Shown in pieces: positions 29,709 through 38,813 of a DNA stretch of 64,000 bases (position 1 is the first letter of the stretch; each line of letters begins with the position of its first letter). The stretch spans positions 53,002 to 117,001 of the forward strand of contig JBGSMD010000063.1 of assembly GCA_041740355.1 (NCBI GenBank). The letters are read 5' to 3'. The translations under genes were made by a program, and so were the position numbers. This DNA is from Bdellovibrionota bacterium (GTDB lineage Bacteria > Bdellovibrionota_C > UBA2361 > CALJRW01). A model generated the notes under the pieces. It saw nothing but the letters and a program-made list of their open reading frames with translations, searched no databases and had not been told where the DNA came from.

Positions 29709-30686
29709 ATGAAAAAATTTGTTCTGGGTATCTTTTTTACTTCCTTGTTATTCGCAACTAGCGCTTGGGCTTGCGACCCTTGCGCAATATTTAATGCCGC
29801 TAGGCTTGATGGACATGAGCCCAACAGTTGGCGAGTTTCACTAGGAGAGCAGTATACTAATTTTAAAAAAGGGAAAAGTTACCCAGAAAATTCCTTTCGC
29901 AATAAGGAGTTGGTTAAAGGATTTAGTAATACCCAGTTTGCTCTGTCCTATGATTTTAGTGAAGTTTTAGGACTACAACTAAGTATTCCCTTAATCTCTC
30001 GCTATGTTGAAGAAATCAAAGACTATCAAACTTCCAACAATTGGGATGCCGGCCTTGGTGATATTAGTCTAATAGCTTCTTACTCCCCAGTTCATATTAA
30101 AAAGTTAGACTGGACAGTGCTAACTGGTGTTTCTGCTGGAATAAAATTACCGACTGGAGACACAGGTGTATTAGAAGAAATTAGTGCTGACCCAGATGCG
30201 CAAGTAAAAGCTCAGTTTTTAAAGCACCACCCAGTTGGCTCTACCTCTGGTGGACGCGCCTTAACTTATGGATCAGGATCTTATGATTATATCATGGGAG
30301 CAAACAATTTACTTCGATATCAAAACTTTTTATTACTAAGCAATATTCAATATACGATCCGCACTGAAGGTGATTTTAATTACGAATTTGATAATGATTT
30401 AATTTGGGCCGTACTTCCAGCCTACTATCTTTTATTAGAACATGACTACACTGTGGCTAGTGGTCTAGGCCTTTCTGGCGAACATAAAGGTAAAGATCGA
30501 TTAGCTGGTAGCGAACTTGATGGTTCAGATATTTCTAATATCTACTTAGGACCTGAGTTAATCTTAAGCTTTAAAGGTAAATATTCTGCACAAATTGGAT
30601 TTGATTTTCGGGTCTCCAATAAAGATCGCGAAGCCGATATTGTGCCGGAGAATAGAGTACGAGCCAGTTTGGCTTATCGTTTTTAA
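29709..30686 (+). CDS. Outer-membrane beta-barrel protein with N-terminal CxxC (WACDPCAIF)
   Basis: It has a signal peptide (MKKFVLGIFFTSLLFATSAWA), alternating beta-strand patterns and a C-terminal ...SLAYRF (aromatic terminus). The start was trimmed from 29655 to 29709. Confidence 0.55.
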   Translation: MKKFVLGIFFTSLLFATSAWACDPCAIFNAARLDGHEPNSWRVSLGEQYTNFKKGKSYPENSFRNKELVKGFSNTQFALSYDFSEVLGLQLSIPLISRYVEEIKDYQTSNNWDAGLGDISLIASYSPVHIKKLDWTVLTGVSAGIKLPTGDTGVLEEISADPDAQVKAQFLKHHPVGSTSGGRALTYGSGSYDYIMGANNLLRYQNFLLLSNIQYTIRTEGDFNYEFDNDLIWAVLPAYYLLLEHDYTVASGLGLSGEHKGKDRLAGSELDGSDISNIYLGPELILSFKGKYSAQIGFDFRVSNKDREADIVPENRVRASLAYRF

Positions 30687-30687
30687 A

Positions 30688-30918
30688 CTCTCCACAGATG
30701 AAATTTGCGGAGGGCGAGCGTAGTCTTAGCTTGTTTATCGGACGTAGCATTTGCGAAGTCTGAAACCAAGTTACGCCGTAGAAGACAAAACTGATACTCA
30801 CCGCTCTTTGTGCATTCGGTTTAGTATTATTTTCTCCGGCAAAACCCTTTTTGCAACAGGATTTTACTCGCTCACTTTGCTTTTCATTTTTTCTCAAAAA
30901 TGAAAAGCGGTGAGTATA
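30688..30918. repeat. Family-1 structured repeat, copy A (~230 nt)
   Basis: It aligns by eye over most of its length with 37863-38116. The modules are hairpin CTCCACA.../TGCGGAG, the block GACGTAGCATTTGCGAAGTCTGAA.CCAAGTT, the long-range pair ACTCACCGCT...AGCGGTGAGT, and an A/T hairpin TTTTCATTTTT-tctc-AAAAATGAAAA. Confidence 0.7.
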
Positions 30919-31040
30919 TAGTATCGTTTTCAATCTAGTCGCTTGGTATATTAAATGCGTAGCACTTGTAGCGACCCTAGGGGGGTGCTTAGGTTAAAAT
31001 GCTTATTGCATAAGCATTTTAACTTGGGAAAACAAATATA

Positions 31041-31100
31041 CTATAGTCATCCCAATAAATAATTTCCGCTAGGAAATTATAAAACAGATCATGACTATAG
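31041..31100. repeat. Family-2-related nested hairpin
   Basis: Outer arms CTATAGTCAT...ATGACTATAG enclose ATAATTTCC-gcta-GGAAATTAT. Confidence 0.55.
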
Positions 31101-31263
31101 AAGCGACCAGCGGGAGCCAAAAGATAAATAGTAAACCCAACTTTAAAAAACAGAGTTAAACCATCGGTTTATCTATAAACTTAGATCCTTAAATTACTTC
31201 AGGGTAAAAAAAATAAGGGTCAGCAAAAGTCTTAGTTAATCTATTTATCGGAAATCTATTTTT

Positions 31264-31333
31264 GGGTTTACTATATAATCCGAGATACGCAAAAAGTAAT
31301 TCCCAATGGAAATTACTTTTTGGGCTCACTATA
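31264..31333. repeat. Family-2 repeat, partial copy
   Basis: AAAAAGTAATTCC-caat-GGAAATTACTTTTT is flanked by GGGTTTACTATA / GGGCTCACTATA. Confidence 0.6.
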
Positions 31334-32221
31334 CTAAAAAATAACTGCTGGATCACGTCGATAAACACGCTCTTGTTCTAATAAATAATTTTCATCTCCA
31401 GCTAGGTTAACAATCTGACGCATGACATCGCGATATTCTGATTTCTGATCACTGCTTAATAAAAAAAGATTTTGTCTTAGCTTAGACTGAGACTCTCTGT
31501 TGTAAGTGATTTGCTGTCTTATTTGCTCTAACTTTTCAATTCTTTCAGCTTTATCCATCGTCATCAAATCGACAATACCATCAATCAGGATTCCTGCCGC
31601 TTTAGCCGTAGATTCTTGTAATTCTCTTCTTTGAAGAAAACTACCAATCTCTTTTGAGTACTCTTCTCTTAGTTGTTTTGTGTTTGAACCAAATGCTTCG
31701 AGTGGAATGACTAAAGTATATCTTTCTGATAAATCAGAAAATGCCGTTAATAATTTATTTATTTCAAGTAAATTATTATAAATTAATTTTTTTAGTTCAC
31801 CAGCAATACTGGCATCCATTAACATTATCTCAGAAATTTCAATTAATTTTTCTGGATTAGAAGTCGCTCTTTGAATACTCTTAGCAATCTCTTCAAAGTC
31901 ATTTCTACTTAATAGATCCTTTAAACGCTGAGCCTCAGCGGGACTATCTGCAATAACTTCTAAAATTAATTTTAAGTTTTCGGGGTCCATTTTTCGTAAA
32001 CTCTCTCCGCGATTATTGGTAAGATAAGTGACAGCTTCACGTAAATTATCAAAATTTCTGTTAAGATTCTGTAAAGTTTCCTCAGTCGTCTTACGATCAA
32101 CCACAGTAAAATGATCCTTGGCATTTGTTAATTCGCGCACTAAGTTATTAAGCCCATCCTGCTGGATAATATCGCGTGGATTTAGAGTAGGGTTTCTTTC
32201 TTGTTGGATCGGATTTGGCAT
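31334..32221 (-). CDS. Hypothetical protein (295 aa), predicted helical/coiled-coil
   Basis: Long ORF rich in heptad-like charged/Leu sequence, with no recognised motif. Confidence 0.45.
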   Translation of the reverse strand: MPNPIQQERNPTLNPRDIIQQDGLNNLVRELTNAKDHFTVVDRKTTEETLQNLNRNFDNLREAVTYLTNNRGESLRKMDPENLKLILEVIADSPAEAQRLKDLLSRNDFEEIAKSIQRATSNPEKLIEISEIMLMDASIAGELKKLIYNNLLEINKLLTAFSDLSERYTLVIPLEAFGSNTKQLREEYSKEIGSFLQRRELQESTAKAAGILIDGIVDLMTMDKAERIEKLEQIRQQITYNRESQSKLRQNLFLLSSDQKSEYRDVMRQIVNLAGDENYLLEQERVYRRDPAVIF

Positions 32222-32357
32222 AGAGTTAGTGGGGCAAGAGTATACTTAGAATTACTATCACCATTTGTTAACAAATTGCTTCAGCTTAGGAATTAAACAA
32301 GAGCCAGCAAATATCTAGGATATACAGATACTTATAGCGTTTAGAAACTCTACAAGC

Positions 32358-33110
32358 TTACTTTTTGAGTTCTTTAGTTGGTAGGAGCTTTTGACTAAGG
32401 CCATCTAATTCCTTATTAAGGCCAGTCGGAGTTAATAAATCTTTATTCAGTAGGATAAATAATTTCTCAGAAAGCTCTACCAAACTTTGTTTCTGTAATA
32501 TGTCTAGGCCCAGATGAGCGGTCTCTTGTCCCACATCTTTGTGGTTCAATCGAAGTAGAATTTGAAACTGCCCAACTCTAGTTAGCAGTCTTTTTGATGC
32601 TTGATACTGCTCAGCAATTGTTTTTCCAGAGCAAGCAGTTAAGCCAATTAAATTATCATCAACTTTTCCTAAACGTCCAAGCTCACGTTCGTCACCTACT
32701 CCACCGCCCCATTCTTCTACGGCAAAAGTAACCGCTAAACTTTTTTCCGGTAGCGGCGCATTGCGATCTTTGTTTTTGGCAATTGTCGCCCCAAACATAT
32801 AACCATCGCGCGTACTATGGCCAACAGCTCTCCATGATACAAGAAATGGAGAAACACAGAACCAACCCTTTCCTTGCTTTTCAATCGAAAGAAAAAACTC
32901 CCAAAGCGAATTGAATTCATCTTTTAACATTTGAAAATGCTCTGACCAAAGAGCATAGTTTAAACTTAGATCCTCTTGCATGTTTTTTAAACGTTGCTCT
33001 TCGGAGACATTCATCATGTCTAAAAGATTAGCAAACTCTTGTGTTGGAGATCGACGGCGAGTGAGATTTTTTATACTATTAATTAGATCTTTGGTTTTTG
33101 ATTCACTCAT
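32358..33110 (-). CDS. Hypothetical protein (250 aa)
   Basis: Long ORF with no recognised motif. Confidence 0.45.
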   Translation of the reverse strand: MSESKTKDLINSIKNLTRRRSPTQEFANLLDMMNVSEEQRLKNMQEDLSLNYALWSEHFQMLKDEFNSLWEFFLSIEKQGKGWFCVSPFLVSWRAVGHSTRDGYMFGATIAKNKDRNAPLPEKSLAVTFAVEEWGGGVGDERELGRLGKVDDNLIGLTACSGKTIAEQYQASKRLLTRVGQFQILLRLNHKDVGQETAHLGLDILQKQSLVELSEKLFILLNKDLLTPTGLNKELDGLSQKLLPTKELKK

Positions 33111-33290
33111 AAATTATATCTTGCTGCTGGTCTATGTCTAGGAATGAAAGTCCTTATAATCTTATAACAAGAGTGCCATTATTTTACTAGTTAAGCTATC
33201 TTATGGTGCCAAGGATTGGCTCAAATTCATATTGCTTAATATCTACAAATTGCTAATCTAATATTGCCTCCACTCTACTGGGCTCTGATT

Positions 33291-33620
33291 ATGATGAGAA
33301 TTACTACTGGTTTACTAGACTTCGCCGATACTTGCTTTGGAGCAAAAGCTCATCGTGAGTTTGATCAAAAAATTTCCGAATTAAAAAAAGCATTTCCAGA
33401 GCCTTTCTCGATTGAAAGACGTAGGGAAGATGGAGAAACATTCATTCGAATTCAATTTGCTGAGCCTCACGATTCCAAAATAGATCTTGTTGAACTTGAA
33501 AAACAAATTAGAAAAGCAACGGGTAGCCTACCGGTTAGATTCGTATTTACTAGCTATCGTTCTATTTCTAAATTATTTGCAGAACTCGCAGCGCTAGCTC
33601 AAGATCCTAAACCTAATTAA
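33291..33620 (+). CDS. Hypothetical small protein (109 aa)
   Basis: The ATG at 33291 is preferred over the TTG at 33264. No motif was recognised. Confidence 0.35.
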   Translation: MMRITTGLLDFADTCFGAKAHREFDQKISELKKAFPEPFSIERRREDGETFIRIQFAEPHDSKIDLVELEKQIRKATGSLPVRFVFTSYRSISKLFAELAALAQDPKPN

Positions 33621-33623
33621 GAC

Positions 33624-35549
33624 TTAAAGATCTACCTCTAACCGATGTGCATTCTCCTGAATTAATTGAAATCGATCTCCTGTTTCCTTACCCAGTAAAC
33701 TTTCTAAGGAAGCATTAACTTCAAATTCATCAACAATATCAATCTGCAACAAGCTTCTTGTCTTTGGATCCAAAGTCGTAGACCAAAGTGTACTTGGATT
33801 CATCTCCCCTAGACCTTTAAAGCGAGTAACTGTAATTTTACGACTAGCAAACTTCTTTACCAACTTCTCTTTATCTTGGTCATTATAAGTCCAATGAGTT
33901 TCTTCTTTATTACCCACGCCTAACTTTACTCGGTAAAGAGGTGGTAATCCTAAATAAACATGGCCATTCTCAACAAGCTTCTTCATGTATTTATAAAAGA
34001 AAGCCATCAGTAATGTAGCAATGTGCATTCCATCCGAATCAGCATCGGTTAAAATAATAACTTTGGAATATCTTAATTTTTTCAAATCAAGACTCTCACC
34101 CATTCCACAACCTAGCACCGCGACAAGATCCATTAGCTCAATATTAGCTGTCACTTTATTACTAGCCGAAGCTACCGTATTCATCACTTTGCCGCGTAAT
34201 GGAAAAATAGCTTGAGTTTTACGATCTCGTCCTTGCTTAGCAGAACCACCCGCCGAATCTCCTTCCACGATAAATAATTCAGACTTATTTGCCTGAGTAC
34301 TAGAGCAATCGGCTAATTTTCCCGGTAAATTTAATCGTCTAGCTGCACCAATTTTTCTGGAGACACTTTGTGATGCCTGACGCGCAGCTTGTCGGGCACG
34401 CGCAGACAATGTAATTCTTTCAATAATTTGATTAGCTACAGCCGGCTGTGAGTTAAGAATGTTTTCTAAACTCCGAGCAACATTTTCCACCGGGGCTGTG
34501 ACTTCCACATTATTTAACTTATCTTTAGTCTGTCCTTGAAACTGTAATTGAGCAACAGAACCAGGAACATTAATGGAAACAATAGCAATTAATCCTTCGC
34601 GAAAATCATCTCCGGTTAATTTAATTCCTTTTAGTTTTACATCATGAACATTAATGTAATTACGAATAGCCTTTGACAAACCATTCTTAAAGCCATCTTC
34701 ATGACTTCCACCCTGAGGCGTAGGAATTCCATTCACAAAAGAAAGAATCTTACTCTGAGTTGATTCCGTCCAAGCAAAAGCTAACTCCACTTTGATACTT
34801 TGATTACTATCAAAATAAAAACTTTCCTTACTAATGGAAGTCATCTTATAACGCTCTAAAAGCATATCTAAATATGCTTTTACGCCATCTTGAAAACAAT
34901 AGGTTTTAACTGTAGCTGCGAGATTATCTTTATAAATAATTTTAAGCCCTTTATTTAAAAAGGCTTTAACTTCCACTAGATGCTCAATTTCAGAACTAGC
35001 AAATTTAGTTAATTTAAAAATTTCAGAATCAGCTTGAAAGTAAATTTTTGTTCCCGTTCTTTTAGTGGCAGTTCCTTTTTGCAACTTCGTCAAAGGCTTA
35101 CCTCGACTATACTCTTGAGTCCAAACAAAACCATCGCGAGCAACTTCAGCAATCAATTTAGAGGAAAGAGCATTAACCACCGAGGAGCCAACTCCATGTA
35201 ATCCACCAGCAGAGGCATAGCTATCGTCGGAAAATTTACCCCCGGCATGAAGTGTTGTTAAAATAATTTCCAGTGCTGGCTTTTTCATTTTTGGGTGGAT
35301 ATCAACGGGGATACCACGTCCATTATCAGCAATGCTGATACCTTGAGCATCTCGATCTAGCTCCACGATGATTTCAGTTGCATGTCCATTCATCGCTTCA
35401 TCAATTGAGTTGTCAAGAATTTCTTTTACTAAGTGATGTAAACCAACAGAGTCAGTTCCACCAACATACATACCAGGTCGGTGCCTCACTGGATCTAAGC
35501 CTTCTAAAACATCAATACTGGAAGCGCTATAATTTTTACTTTTTGTCAT
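33624..35549 (-). CDS. parE: DNA topoisomerase IV subunit B (type IIA topoisomerase ATPase subunit)
   Basis: It has a GHKL ATPase N terminus (LEGLDPVRHRPGMYVGGT, HHLV.EILDNSIDE), a Toprim EGDSAGG and PLRGK. Its 641-aa length (no GyrB insert) and adjacency to a ParC-sized partner favour ParE over GyrB. Confidence 0.8.
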   Translation of the reverse strand: MTKSKNYSASSIDVLEGLDPVRHRPGMYVGGTDSVGLHHLVKEILDNSIDEAMNGHATEIIVELDRDAQGISIADNGRGIPVDIHPKMKKPALEIILTTLHAGGKFSDDSYASAGGLHGVGSSVVNALSSKLIAEVARDGFVWTQEYSRGKPLTKLQKGTATKRTGTKIYFQADSEIFKLTKFASSEIEHLVEVKAFLNKGLKIIYKDNLAATVKTYCFQDGVKAYLDMLLERYKMTSISKESFYFDSNQSIKVELAFAWTESTQSKILSFVNGIPTPQGGSHEDGFKNGLSKAIRNYINVHDVKLKGIKLTGDDFREGLIAIVSINVPGSVAQLQFQGQTKDKLNNVEVTAPVENVARSLENILNSQPAVANQIIERITLSARARQAARQASQSVSRKIGAARRLNLPGKLADCSSTQANKSELFIVEGDSAGGSAKQGRDRKTQAIFPLRGKVMNTVASASNKVTANIELMDLVAVLGCGMGESLDLKKLRYSKVIILTDADSDGMHIATLLMAFFYKYMKKLVENGHVYLGLPPLYRVKLGVGNKEETHWTYNDQDKEKLVKKFASRKITVTRFKGLGEMNPSTLWSTTLDPKTRSLLQIDIVDEFEVNASLESLLGKETGDRFQLIQENAHRLEVDL

Positions 35550-35581
35550 ATCTATTTTTAATACTCTTACTAATTTGAAGC

Positions 35582-37840
35582 TTAATCTTCAATTCCTACA
35601 ACTTCTGATTTCACAGGTAATTTATTTCCCTTCAACCCACGACCAGTTTTCTTAATTTCTTTCAAACTGATCTTTTTATTTTTTAGATCTTTCATTACCA
35701 AGGTGATCTCGCGATCCTTACTCCAAGATACTGCTAAAGCTAATGAGTCTCCTTTCTTAAAACCCATTAAGCTGATTCCTACAGCCGGAGCATTTCGTTC
35801 TTGGACTTCATTCTTATTAATAGTTATGGCGTATCCTTCTCTGGAAATTAAGCTGATCAACTTATCTGGCTCAATGATTGTTCTGAGTTGATCTTCCCCT
35901 TTTAATTTCATGATTCGTTTACCATTACGTTTCACATCGGCTAAACCTTCAATTTTTGTTTGGAATCCTAAGCCATTAGAACTAATTAGAATAAATTCTT
36001 GTCCTTCGGCCAGATAGAACTGGTAATCATTAATATGTCCTAAATCTAAATCAGATAATAATCCGTAGCTGGAAACAATCTTTTCCCCATCTTTAAACTT
36101 CAGGTGTTTCTGAATTGGATCTCCATACCCGCTAGAAGAAGGGAAATCTGTCACAGCCATGCTGTAAACATTTCCTAAGCTAGTAAAGAATACAACTCGG
36201 TCAAGTGTATTTAGTGGATGAGCGACCAATAAAGAATCACCTTCTCGTAAGCGACTAACTACAGGGTCATTTCCTTGACGAATTCGTTTAATCCAACCAT
36301 CCGTACTAACTAAGGCAAAGACTTCTTCTTTGACAACAAAGTCATCAGCTTGAATTTCAAACTGGACGTGATCTTTCAGGATTTGAGATTTACGGTTATC
36401 ACCAAATTCTTTAGCAACATGTTCTAAGTCAGCTTTAACTGTTTCGGCAATTTTCTTAGCACTATCAAGGATTTTTTGAATCTCTGCTAATCTTTTTAAT
36501 TTCTCTTTTTGCTCAGCACGAATCTCTTCGATGTTAGTCCTAGAAAGTTGATAAATCCTTAAGTCAACAATTGAGAAAGATTGAATTTCTGTTAACTTAA
36601 AATGCGCCCGTAATTTTTCTGCAGCATCTGACCTTCCATCACTGCGGCGAACAATCTGAATAGCTTTATCTAGGTCAGCAAAAATCAAGACAAAACCTTC
36701 CAGGATGTGTAGCCGTGCTAGTAAATTTTTCTTTTCAAATTCCAATCGACGACGAACAATGCCTTTTCTAAAATCAAGGAAATGTTGCAACATTAACTTG
36801 AGCGACATTGGCATTGGCACAGTCACTTTATTTTTATCAGGTGCCAGTGCTGTTAAGTTCACATTAAAGTTCTGCTCTAGTGGAGTATTCTTAAACAGAT
36901 AGGCCATAACGTTTTGGACGTCTGAGTCAGCTTGCAACTCAAGTACTACACGGACATCGGTAGTTGACTCATCACGAATATCCACTAACTGTGGGACTTT
37001 GCGATTTATAATTAAATCAGCAATTTTTTCAACCAACTGAGATTTGTTAACCATGTAAGGAACACTTGTAATCACAATCTGTTTCTTGCCTCGGTTTTCT
37101 TTTTCCTCTTTCCAATCGGCACGCATCTTAATTGGACCACGTCCTGTTTCGTAAATCTCTTCTAGCTCTTTTTTAGTGTTGAGAATCTGACAGCCTGTTG
37201 GAAAGTCGGGACCTTTTAATGCTGCGACTAACTTAGAATTAGGCACTTCCGAATCTTCTAATTGTAATAATAAGGCCTTAACAACATCTCTTAAATTATG
37301 TGGTGGAATACTTGTTGCCATACCAACAGCAATTCCAGTAGCGCCATTTACCAATAAGTTTGGTAATCGACTTGGCATGACCACTGGCTCTTTCTTAGAG
37401 GCATCGAAGGTATCACGAAAATCAACTGTTTCTTGATCGATCTCTCCCAATACTTCTAAGGCAATTGGAAGCAATTTAGCTTCAGTGTAACGATATGCTG
37501 CTGCTGAATCTCCATCCATCGATCCAAAATTACCTTGCCCATCAACTAGGCAGTAACGCATGCTAAAATCTTGCGCCATGCGAACCATCGCTTCGTAACA
37601 GGCAACGTCTCCGTGTGGATGATAGTTACCAAGAACTTGCCCAACAATTGTTGCTGACTTTTTATAACTAGAAGTTGGTTTCAGATTTAAGTCGTGCAAC
37701 ATGGCATAAAGAATTCTTCTTTGAACAGGTTTAAGCCCATCACGAACATCGGGAAGTGCTCGCCCGGAGACAACACTAAGTGCGTAGGTCAGGTAACGAT
37801 CCTGTGCTTCCTGTCGAAAAGGTGTGCTAATAATAGTCAT
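35582..37840 (-). CDS. parC: DNA topoisomerase IV subunit A
   Basis: [21 protein letters not shown], the catalytic AAYRYTE and HPHGD are present, and I saw no GyrA-box (QRRGGKG). The start was trimmed to MTIISTPF... at 37840, because the ORF-track N-terminal 58 aa lie inside a repeat element. Confidence 0.8.
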   Translation of the reverse strand: MTIISTPFRQEAQDRYLTYALSVVSGRALPDVRDGLKPVQRRILYAMLHDLNLKPTSSYKKSATIVGQVLGNYHPHGDVACYEAMVRMAQDFSMRYCLVDGQGNFGSMDGDSAAAYRYTEAKLLPIALEVLGEIDQETVDFRDTFDASKKEPVVMPSRLPNLLVNGATGIAVGMATSIPPHNLRDVVKALLLQLEDSEVPNSKLVAALKGPDFPTGCQILNTKKELEEIYETGRGPIKMRADWKEEKENRGKKQIVITSVPYMVNKSQLVEKIADLIINRKVPQLVDIRDESTTDVRVVLELQADSDVQNVMAYLFKNTPLEQNFNVNLTALAPDKNKVTVPMPMSLKLMLQHFLDFRKGIVRRRLEFEKKNLLARLHILEGFVLIFADLDKAIQIVRRSDGRSDAAEKLRAHFKLTEIQSFSIVDLRIYQLSRTNIEEIRAEQKEKLKRLAEIQKILDSAKKIAETVKADLEHVAKEFGDNRKSQILKDHVQFEIQADDFVVKEEVFALVSTDGWIKRIRQGNDPVVSRLREGDSLLVAHPLNTLDRVVFFTSLGNVYSMAVTDFPSSSGYGDPIQKHLKFKDGEKIVSSYGLLSDLDLGHINDYQFYLAEGQEFILISSNGLGFQTKIEGLADVKRNGKRIMKLKGEDQLRTIIEPDKLISLISREGYAITINKNEVQERNAPAVGISLMGFKKGDSLALAVSWSKDREITLVMKDLKNKKISLKEIKKTGRGLKGNKLPVKSEVVGIED

Positions 37841-37862
37841 ATACTGCTTGGAATTGAATAAA

Positions 37863-38116
37863 CCCTCCGCAGATAACTTGCGGAGGGCGAGCGTAATCTT
37901 GGCTTTTTTACCAGACGTAGCATTTGCGAAGTCTGAAGCCAAGTTGCTCCGTAGAAGATAAAACCAATACTCACCGCTGATTTGCGTAGGGTTTGGTAGT
38001 ATTTTCTTCAGCAAAATCTGTCTCCCTCTTTCGCCAAAGCTTCAGAGGACAATTCGCCAGGATTTTGCTCGTTCACCTTACTTTCATTTTTTATAAAAAA
38101 TGAAAAGCGGTGAGCA
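37863..38116. repeat. Family-1 structured repeat, copy B (~254 nt)
   Basis: It has the same module order as copy A, a perfect first hairpin CCCTCCGCA-N9-TGCGGAGGG, and an internal insertion relative to copy A. Confidence 0.7.
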
Positions 38117-38296
38117 TCTTATAATAATATCAGATAGTTATAGCGAGGGTGAGCTCAAGCTTTAATTTTATGATGATCTTAATTTAAACAAGAAGACCTG
38201 TTCCGTAAAGGGGGTCTTACAAATAGTCTTAATTTCTCAAAAAACACTGCTACTTCATAATTTGAAAATACTAGCCATGTAGGTTAGTTTAGCCCT

Positions 38297-38788
38297 ATGA
38301 CATTTTCCAGAACGGATGAAAAATACCAGACTTTAGAGACTCACCTAAGCCAGGATCAGTATTTAATGGTACATCTAAACCCTACTTACCCTGGTGTTTT
38401 AATACCAGAGAATTTTCTTGCTTCACCAACTCTTACACTAAAGTTAAGTTATAATTTTCAAGGAGTTACCGTTATCACCCCAGAATTAATTACGGCAGAA
38501 CTTATGTTTAATGGTAAACATTTTTCCTGCCGAATTCCACTGGCAGCGATTTGGGGTTGCACAACTATTGCTGAGAAAAACTTCATTTGGCCAGAAAGTC
38601 TTTCAGCAAATTCCTATGAGAGTTTAGCCACAGAAATGGAAAGTATTAAAAAACCTAAGTTAGCTGTTAATAAACAAGAAGATATTTCTACACCCTCTTC
38701 TAATCTTAAGAAAATTGAATCTGATCCCAAGCAGGAGGAACCAGTAGCAGAAAATAAAAAACGTCCAAACCTCACTCGAATTAAATAA
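38297..38788 (+). CDS. sspB: ClpXP adaptor SspB-like (stringent starvation protein B)
   Basis: The N-terminal domain pattern (…MVHLNPTYPGVLIPE…TLKLS…F.G….C.IPL.AIWG) is followed by an acidic/low-complexity linker and a basic C-terminal tail, KKRPNLTRIK, resembling the ClpX-binding tail of SspB. Confidence 0.55.
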   Translation: MTFSRTDEKYQTLETHLSQDQYLMVHLNPTYPGVLIPENFLASPTLTLKLSYNFQGVTVITPELITAELMFNGKHFSCRIPLAAIWGCTTIAEKNFIWPESLSANSYESLATEMESIKKPKLAVNKQEDISTPSSNLKKIESDPKQEEPVAENKKRPNLTRIK

Positions 38789-38813
38789 CCAATAGAAGAT
38801 AGCTGTTGAAGAA

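Noticed and set aside
30571-30933. 120-aa minus-strand ORF
   Set aside because: It overlaps the end of the OMP gene and Family-1 repeat copy A. Its translation is not conserved with the equivalent region of copy B. I treat it as a chance ORF in a repeat.
33624-37840. Calling the type IIA topoisomerase pair gyrB/gyrA
   Set aside because: The subunit sizes (641 and 753 aa), the B-then-A adjacency and the absence of a GyrA-box-like QRRGGKG in the A subunit favour topoisomerase IV (parE/parC). This is not proven without phylogeny.
37841-38014. N-terminal 58-aa extension of the parC ORF (ORF track start at 38014)
   Set aside because: The extension lies entirely inside Family-1 repeat copy B. The same repeat in copy A is read in a different frame, and the canonical ParC N terminus (MTIISTPF...[16 protein letters not shown]) begins at the Met at 37840.
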